Below are positions 57,534 to 64,000 of a DNA stretch of 64,000 nt, piece by piece (the first letter of the stretch is position 1; each line of letters starts with the position of its first letter). The translations under genes were made by a program, and so were the position numbers. The stretch is from TPA_inf: Saccharomyces. Lineage: Eukaryota. The stretch is taken from NCBI GenBank assembly GCA_000146045.2, contig BK006948.2, positions 768,001 through 832,000 on the forward strand, read 5' to 3'. Below the pieces are notes generated by a model. It saw only the letters and a program-made list of their open reading frames with translations, did no database searches and was not told the DNA's origin.

Positions 57534-57932
57534 CTATTTTGTATAGTAAGCAGAACCGGCTTGTGTTTGTGATTCATGGATCAACGAGACGGTAGCGAAT
57601 AAGCACCAACGGAAAAAAAGAAAACATACGCATACATGCACGTACAAGATAAAAAAAGCACAGGTGTGGTGGTAGTATTGGGATAACCAGGCACACGCTA
57701 CTGCGAGATAGCAAAAGACCCTTCCCGTAAACCGCTCGGATAAACCGATTTTGTCCTTTAGCGTGACACGGATTATACGCGGGGATCCGGCGTCACAAGC
57801 CACGGCCCGTCCCGTCCGCGTGGTTTTTAATTCTGGCTCCGCGTAGTACATTTTGTAGCTTGCCTTTTTTCCGGCTTCTAGAAAACTGGAAAAACCATAA
57901 GAAAAAAATGGGAAGGGGAAAACAAAAACCAT
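57534..57932 (-). CDS. YOR268C: Small hypothetical ORF (132 aa) at the YOR268C position. Hydrophobic and Cys-rich; whether it is truly coding is uncertain.
   Basis: ORF only. Odd amino-acid composition. Flanked by an atypically GC-rich non-coding region. Confidence 0.4.
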
Positions 57933-58384
57933 TCAGGTCTTGCGTGCCGAGAATTTTTTTTTTCTCTTTTTCGTTGTCAACTTTTGCAGTAGCAGCCGCT
58001 GGCGACCCGGACGGTAGCCATGGCAACGGTTAGCTAATGGTAGGTAAATAAAACGAGTAACGACGTTTTAGTATATCTTGGTAAACTACAATTAGATCTT
58101 AAAACGGTTCCTGAAAAAGTGCTTTCATCTACCATTGAATTTAATTCACTTCCCTTTATGGAATTTGCACTGGTTTTGTGCTGTGGGATGTGGGTGTTTT
58201 GAAATATTTTCAGCTTGCAAGTCGTGCATATTGCACTTGTTTCTTATTTTTGGCGAGTGTAAACGTAATAGGTAATCTTAGTATTGGGCCATCGTCGCCC
58301 AGATAGCCATTGATAAAGCAGCTAGGTTCGTCGTCCGGTTGTTGGTATACACCTGTGCGTGCGTAAGTGTAGAAAAAAATAGAA

Positions 58385-59869
58385 ATGACTAACTGGCAGC
58401 AACAGCTTCCTTTAACAGATACACAGAAAAATGAACTCGATAAAAGTGTCCTCCGATATTTGAATTGGAATTACAAACAAACTGTACGACATGAGCATGC
58501 TCAAGATTACGAAAGTGTTCGACATGCAATTGTAACTCTATCAGGTTTTCTGTTGCAAGAATCAGTGGACCGGCAAGAATTCATCAGTAACAATGACACC
58601 AGTAACGAAAGTATGGTAGACATTGATGAATTACTGCTACCGAAGAAGTGGAACTCAATTGTTAGACTACAAAAAAAAATCATTGAATTGGAGCAGAATA
58701 CAGAGACCCTTGTATCTCAGATTAAAGATTTGAACACTCAAGTGTCAGAACTAGCACAATTCAAACCTACCACCAGTAACGGCACCAGCGCACATAATGT
58801 TTTGAAATGGATACCGAGAAATCTACCAAGCTGTTTAATTAATGTTGAATCATCTGTCACTTCCGTCAAACTACATCCCAATTTGCCTATAGTGTTTGTG
58901 GCCACAGATCATGGCAAATTATACGCATTTGATTTATTTAACTACACCATCCCTCTGGCATCCTTGCAAAGTCATACCAAGGCAATTACCTCCATGGATG
59001 TTTTATTTACCAATTATACGAACTCCAGCAAGAAGAACTATTTGGTGATCGTTACCGCGTCTAAAGATTTGCAGATTCATGTTTTCAAGTGGGTCTCCGA
59101 GGAATGCAAGTTCCAACAAATTAGGTCTTTATTGGGCCATGAGCATATTGTCTCTGCGGTAAAAATCTGGCAGAAAAATAATGATGTCCATATAGCGTCC
59201 TGTTCCAGAGATCAAACTGTTAAAATTTGGGACTTCCACAATGGTTGGTCGTTGAAAACATTTCAGCCTCATTCCCAATGGGTTCGTTCCATAGACGTTC
59301 TAGGCGATTACATCATCTCTGGTTCACATGACACTACATTAAGGTTAACACATTGGCCATCAGGTAATGGTCTTAGTGTTGGCACGGGTCATGAATTTCC
59401 CATAGAGAAAGTTAAATTTATTCATTTCATCGAAGACTCTCCGGAGATAAGGTTTAGAACACCATCAACGGATCGATATAAGAATTGGGGGATGCAATAT
59501 TGTGTCTCAGCGTCAAGAGATAGAACGATAAAAATCTGGGAGATACCTCTACCTACGTTAATGGCCCATAGAGCACCCATACCGAATCCTACAGATTCAA
59601 ATTTCAGATGTGTTCTTACGTTGAAGGGGCATCTTTCGTGGGTTAGAGATATTAGTATTCGAGGCCAATACTTGTTTTCTTGTGCTGATGATAAATCTGT
59701 CAGATGTTGGGATCTGAACACGGGGCAGTGCTTACACGTTTGGGAAAAGTTGCATACAGGATTTGTCAACTGTTTAGACCTGGATGTGGATTTCGATTCT
59801 AACGTTACCCCAAGGCAAATGATGGTCACTGGTGGATTGGATTGCAAGTCTAACGTTTTCATGAGATAA
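58385..59869 (+). CDS. PAC1: LIS1 homologue; LisH/coiled-coil N-terminus plus WD40 propeller; dynein regulator; 494 aa
   Basis: LisH region, coiled-coil, seven WD repeats (IKIWD, VRCWD). Confidence 0.9.
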
Positions 59870-60051
59870 GTTTGGCTTTCCTATTTCTTTTTCCCTTTTT
59901 TTTGACTCTTTTTAAGCATTGGTTGATACTTTAAATACTTTATTGAATTAGCATTGATAGTATATAATAAGGTTTACTCACTATATAGTAGCATCATTTA
60001 TTATTTAATGAAGTACTTAAATGTTTCGCTTTTTTTAAAAGTCCTCAAAAT

Positions 60052-62574
60052 TTAGCTTGAAGCGGAAGAGCTTGCACTAGCAACAGCGACTTCCATGTCT
60101 TTATACTCAAATGCGAATGGTTCGTATGGTAAACCTTCACCCACGAAAAACTTGGACATAGATTCAACCCAGTGCAAACGTAAGGAATGAAGCATGGCAG
60201 ATGTACCTTCCATCAAAACAAGAACTGCACATGTTAGTGCGAACCACATGGCAAAAAGTGCAACCGTCATAAACACACCCACAAATCCTCTAAATCCAAA
60301 GGCAATTTGAATTGTCATTGTCCATAAAACACTAGACAATTGAGCATGTGCCAATGATAAGGCCCATAAACGTAAATAGGATGCAGTGTGCGAAACACAA
60401 TTCAAACAGAATTCAATTGTATGAATAACTTGATGAATCATAATATCACCAAAGTCTTCACCATGAGATCCAGAACCAACTTCTTCTTCTTCAGCGTCAT
60501 CGGCGTCCATCGCGGAAATTAATTGTTGTGCTTCCAAATCTTCAGAACTAGCATCTGCTTCAGTCGATGGCAGTGGTTCGTGAGATTTCTTTTTATGAGT
60601 GAATTTGAAATGTAATGGCTTCACCAATAGCAACCAAGGAATACAAACCAAGGCCATCAACAACAAAAACACTTGGACCTTTGCTTGATGAGGGTATAAT
60701 TCATCGTCAATAGTTCCTGGTGATAAAAACATGTTGATCAACATATTTAACAAACCTGGAGCAGGCTTTCCGTCCTTAACCCAATCAACAGCCCATTTGT
60801 AAACAATACAAACGGAAAGATAACCAAAGATACCTTGCATAAATAGCAAACCAGGAATAAAGTTACCGATGATATCAATCATAGAGTTAAAGTATAGGTG
60901 GTTAGCCAACGAAAAGAAATAAGAATAGGTCATGTGGATGAACCCCATTAAAATTGATAGTTTCATTTTGTAAGAATTAGAAAATAACAAAGCATTTTCA
61001 GTTCCATGCCAAGCCCAATCTAAACCGATAGGGTATGTACCCACCGATGTAGCAGTAATACTCTCACCTTTTTTCCAATGATCAGGCCATTTCCAACCAG
61101 ACTTGAAAATAGTCATAGTTTTAGAGAAGATATCGTTGTAAAGGAAACCTGTGTACATGGAAAAGACACCCATCAACAAAATAATGTATCTACCAGTGAA
61201 GGCCATATCGAAAATTTCGCCTCTTTTCATTTTGTTGATTTTCTTTTCATTCAATACAAGAGACAATGCGGCTAAGGTCATTAAGAACCCGTGACCCATA
61301 TCACCAAACATGATGGCAAACATGAAAGGGAAAGTGACAATTGTGGGTAAACCAGCATTGATTTCTCTGTACTGAGCAATACCGTAACAGTCACAGATAC
61401 TTTGGAAACCAGCAGTAAACTTGTTAGTTCTGTGGAAGGTAGGTGGAGTGTGGTTTGTATCCAGGACTTGGATAATGGATGGGACATCAATACCCAATCT
61501 TGCGATCATTTCACCAAGACGAGCTTGCAAAGTAGCCAATTCGTCTCTTGGTATCCAACCTTCAGCAATCAAAATCTTTCTATTGGTATCATAGTTAGAC
61601 TTGTTCAAAATTTCAAAAATCGCCTTTTCACGGGTAACATCTTGGAACCAAGAGTCCAATTCTTTGGCAATGGCATATAATTCACTTTCTAAAGTGGTAG
61701 AAGTGGTTTTCAAAACTGTGTACAAATCACTCAAATTCTTGTTGACCTTGGCCAATTGTTGTGATCTACCCTCGTTGGAAGAGTCAACATCGTAAAGATT
61801 GGCATCCAATGATTCCGCAATCTTTCTGATTCTTTTAATAATCAGATCACCGTGAGAAAATACGATAAAAGCATTTTTATGTTTATACTCCCTGGTTTTG
61901 ACATCATAAACAGGTTGTTCAATTTCAACAGTTTTGAAGAAAAGGTTACCTCTTAATACTCTCCAAAGAATTTGTTCTAAGGTGGCAACTTTGTCTCTAG
62001 CAATGACACCAGTGACATAGTTTACAGAAGCACCGATAGCAGCAGCAATGTTTTCCCCATTAGCGTCGATCATGTCTTCATCCATATAGGAAGTGCTGTC
62101 GGTATTATCACCCTTCAAGAAAAATTCATCACCTGACTGCAAAATAAAGCGATACTGTTCCAAGTCATTTTTCTGGACTTCAATTTGATCGGTTGCATCC
62201 TCCATTTGAATCAATCTTTCTTCCAAATATGAAGCGTTCCGGACATAATCATCTATCACTGAACCGCTTGGTGGAACGTACAATTCACCTGAGCCGTCCA
62301 AATATTTGTCCGTGTCTCCTTCGTAGAGCTTAATATCGTGTTTCTTCAAAAGAGAATAAAAGTAACGATACTGTCTTTCTACATTATCCAGTCTTCTAAT
62401 TTCGTTCACGAAAGTTCTTTGAAACGCACGCACCTTAGAGTTCAAGTCACGGAATTGAACAAGACCCAATTGACCTAAAGTGTAAGCAGAGTCTCTTGAA
62501 ATTTCTTGAGGAATATAGAATTGGACTAAAGCCATTTCAGCAGAGCGAAAAATCGCTTCCTCCTTCTCTGCCAT
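60052..62574 (-). CDS. VPH1: Vacuolar H+-ATPase V0 subunit a (vacuolar isoform), 840 aa
   Basis: Cytosolic N-terminal half followed by 8 transmembrane helices. Conserved V-ATPase a-subunit motifs (LSLAHAQLS). Confidence 0.92.
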   Translation of the reverse strand: MAEKEEAIFRSAEMALVQFYIPQEISRDSAYTLGQLGLVQFRDLNSKVRAFQRTFVNEIRRLDNVERQYRYFYSLLKKHDIKLYEGDTDKYLDGSGELYVPPSGSVIDDYVRNASYLEERLIQMEDATDQIEVQKNDLEQYRFILQSGDEFFLKGDNTDSTSYMDEDMIDANGENIAAAIGASVNYVTGVIARDKVATLEQILWRVLRGNLFFKTVEIEQPVYDVKTREYKHKNAFIVFSHGDLIIKRIRKIAESLDANLYDVDSSNEGRSQQLAKVNKNLSDLYTVLKTTSTTLESELYAIAKELDSWFQDVTREKAIFEILNKSNYDTNRKILIAEGWIPRDELATLQARLGEMIARLGIDVPSIIQVLDTNHTPPTFHRTNKFTAGFQSICDCYGIAQYREINAGLPTIVTFPFMFAIMFGDMGHGFLMTLAALSLVLNEKKINKMKRGEIFDMAFTGRYIILLMGVFSMYTGFLYNDIFSKTMTIFKSGWKWPDHWKKGESITATSVGTYPIGLDWAWHGTENALLFSNSYKMKLSILMGFIHMTYSYFFSLANHLYFNSMIDIIGNFIPGLLFMQGIFGYLSVCIVYKWAVDWVKDGKPAPGLLNMLINMFLSPGTIDDELYPHQAKVQVFLLLMALVCIPWLLLVKPLHFKFTHKKKSHEPLPSTEADASSEDLEAQQLISAMDADDAEEEEVGSGSHGEDFGDIMIHQVIHTIEFCLNCVSHTASYLRLWALSLAHAQLSSVLWTMTIQIAFGFRGFVGVFMTVALFAMWFALTCAVLVLMEGTSAMLHSLRLHWVESMSKFFVGEGLPYEPFAFEYKDMEVAVASASSSASS

Positions 62575-63058
62575 TATTTTCCTTGTGTAACCTTTAAATG
62601 TTTTTTTTTTGATTCAAATTAAAAGGGATTTAAAAGTTCAAACCCTCACTTGTTGTATAGAGAAAGGTAAAAGCTAGCAAATACACACAGGTAGCCCTCT
62701 AAGCAAGTATAGATATATTGAGAGGCAAAAGCTATGGACTTATTTGGACTTTTGTTGTTTTGTAACCTCTAAAAGGGTTGCACTCAAGAAAAAAGGTTTT
62801 CCATATCGACTTATCTGAGTTTCTTTTTTTTGCTTTTTTTTTTTTTAGCCCATTTTTTTTTTGACGCATTAGTCGTTAATGATGATATAATGTCCACGTG
62901 ATGACATTTCAATCTGCAACAATAGCTCGGCAACTGGATTACTAGCAGTCATACGTATGTCAGTCACTACACATATATATATATTAATGTTTAACTAATT
63001 TTTTTTTCTTATCTATCTGATATTTATTCTATAACTATATAAATTTGTCTCTTCACTT

Positions 63059-64000
63059 CTAAATACCTCTGTTAAAATAGACCTTTTCAATTGGCTTCCC
63101 ATCCTTATCCTTCTTGCCATGTAGTTCAGGTTCTAGTTTATTTAAATGGATTGCTTGTCTTTGAGGGAAGATACCGAGTGCAAATGGCAAAGCTGAGAAC
63201 ATTGTGACTGAGATCAACCCCAAATTGGCCAAAGTTTGCACACCGAGAGACTTACCTTTGAGGACACCGCGTTGTAGTCTAACCAAAATCAAAGGTGGGA
63301 TGACCATAGTTGGAGTGGCGTTAATCACTCTACTTAATGCAGTTTCACCAACTGCCATGAAGGCAGCCTTCTTGGACTTTCCGACTTCGTCACCGTTAGA
63401 GTCAAACACAGAAATACCCTTTCTAATTTCGTTGCCTCTCATTAGGAAGACGTTGACAATACCGGCACTGACCACGGCGGCAAATGGCACCAAACGGCCC
63501 AAGATCAACTTTGAATGTGGAGAAATGTTTTTCAACCTGGGAACTAGGTTATTTAGACCTAACGCAACACCACACGACGCAGTTACAGCGGCAGCGTAAT
63601 TGGTGAGCAATTGGGACGTGGACATAGGATGAGATTTGTTTGCGTTAGCGGAATTAACGGCGACGTTTAGCGATTGATTTGCCCATTGCCAAAATACAGT
63701 CCCTGCCGTACCCAAACCAGGCGTCAGCATACCTACAGTAACGACTAGGTTTGATAGCACGTTGGAAGACATACGGAAGGGCAAAAGAACTGTCTTCCCT
63801 GTGTCCGGATGCACGGTGGAGTCCAGTTGTTTCTTGGCTCGCCAGAACTCCGGAGTAGTCTCTTTTAGTTCACCGTGACGATACGCACTGATGATTTCTC
63901 TAGCATGCGCCAGGTCCTTCTCAGTAGTTAACAACATAGTGGGGTCGGAAATCTCTGCGCAATGGCGGATTCTACCCCAATACGTGGATAAGTCATAGCG
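63059..64000 (-). CDS. FSF1: Sideroflexin-like mitochondrial membrane protein. The 3' part is in the window; the N-terminus runs past the window end.
   Basis: The tracked ORF starts at an internal Met, but the reading frame stays open upstream to the window edge (...RYDLSTYWGRIRHCAEISDPTMLLTTEKDL...). Confidence 0.8.
   Translation of the reverse strand, partial: RYDLSTYWGRIRHCAEISDPTMLLTTEKDLAHAREIISAYRHGELKETTPEFWRAKKQLDSTVHPDTGKTVLLPFRMSSNVLSNLVVTVGMLTPGLGTAGTVFWQWANQSLNVAVNSANANKSHPMSTSQLLTNYAAAVTASCGVALGLNNLVPRLKNISPHSKLILGRLVPFAAVVSAGIVNVFLMRGNEIRKGISVFDSNGDEVGKSKKAAFMAVGETALSRVINATPTMVIPPLILVRLQRGVLKGKSLGVQTLANLGLISVTMFSALPFALGIFPQRQAIHLNKLEPELHGKKDKDGKPIEKVYFNRGI

Overview
This window reads as budding-yeast (Saccharomyces cerevisiae) nuclear DNA: compact, AT-rich, about one gene per 1.6 kb, and only two introns, both with GTATGT/TACTAAC yeast signals. 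The gene order and protein sequences match the right arm of chromosome XV from YOR229W (WTM2) through YOR271C (FSF1, cut off at the window edge). That locus assignment is from memory of the proteins and their order, not from a database search. It is a eukaryotic segment, so there are no CRISPR arrays, operons or prokaryotic defence islands. I saw no Ty elements, LTRs or tRNA genes.

I call 40 protein-coding genes: WTM2, WTM1, MKK1, MGE1, KIN4, RPL33B, DFR1, HES1, YOR238W, ABP140/TRM140, MET7, SSP2, PUS7, ESA1, DGA1, ENV9, SRL1, APC5, CLP1, TUM1, TMA16, NAT5, SEC63, OSW1, TRE2, CDC31, HNT3, RPT4, GCD1, RPN8, GPN2, DSE3, RBL2, PNT1, HRK1, YOR268C, PAC1, VPH1 and partial FSF1. There is one RNA gene, the intron-containing U3 snoRNA SNR17A. 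Several tracked ORFs start upstream of the real start codon; I give corrected starts.

The most notable features are:
- a programmed +1 ribosomal frameshift (CTT-AGG-C) joining the two ABP140 reading frames;
- SNR17A with its spliceosomal intron, divergent from RPL33B across a shared C/A-rich Rap1-like element;
- Rpn4 PACE boxes in front of RPT4 and RPN8;
- a cluster of Ace2/Swi5 sites in front of DSE3;
- the tandem WTM2/WTM1 paralogue pair;
- in-frame trinucleotide repeats in WTM2 (GAC) and HRK1 (CAA, poly-Q) and a Cys-containing 18-nt tandem repeat in HRK1;
- poly(A)/poly-Lys runs inside ABP140;
- an unusually GC-rich, poorly explained region around the dubious-looking ORF YOR268C.

Nothing here looks like a genuinely undescribed system. 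The only real unknowns are YOR238W and the YOR268C region.
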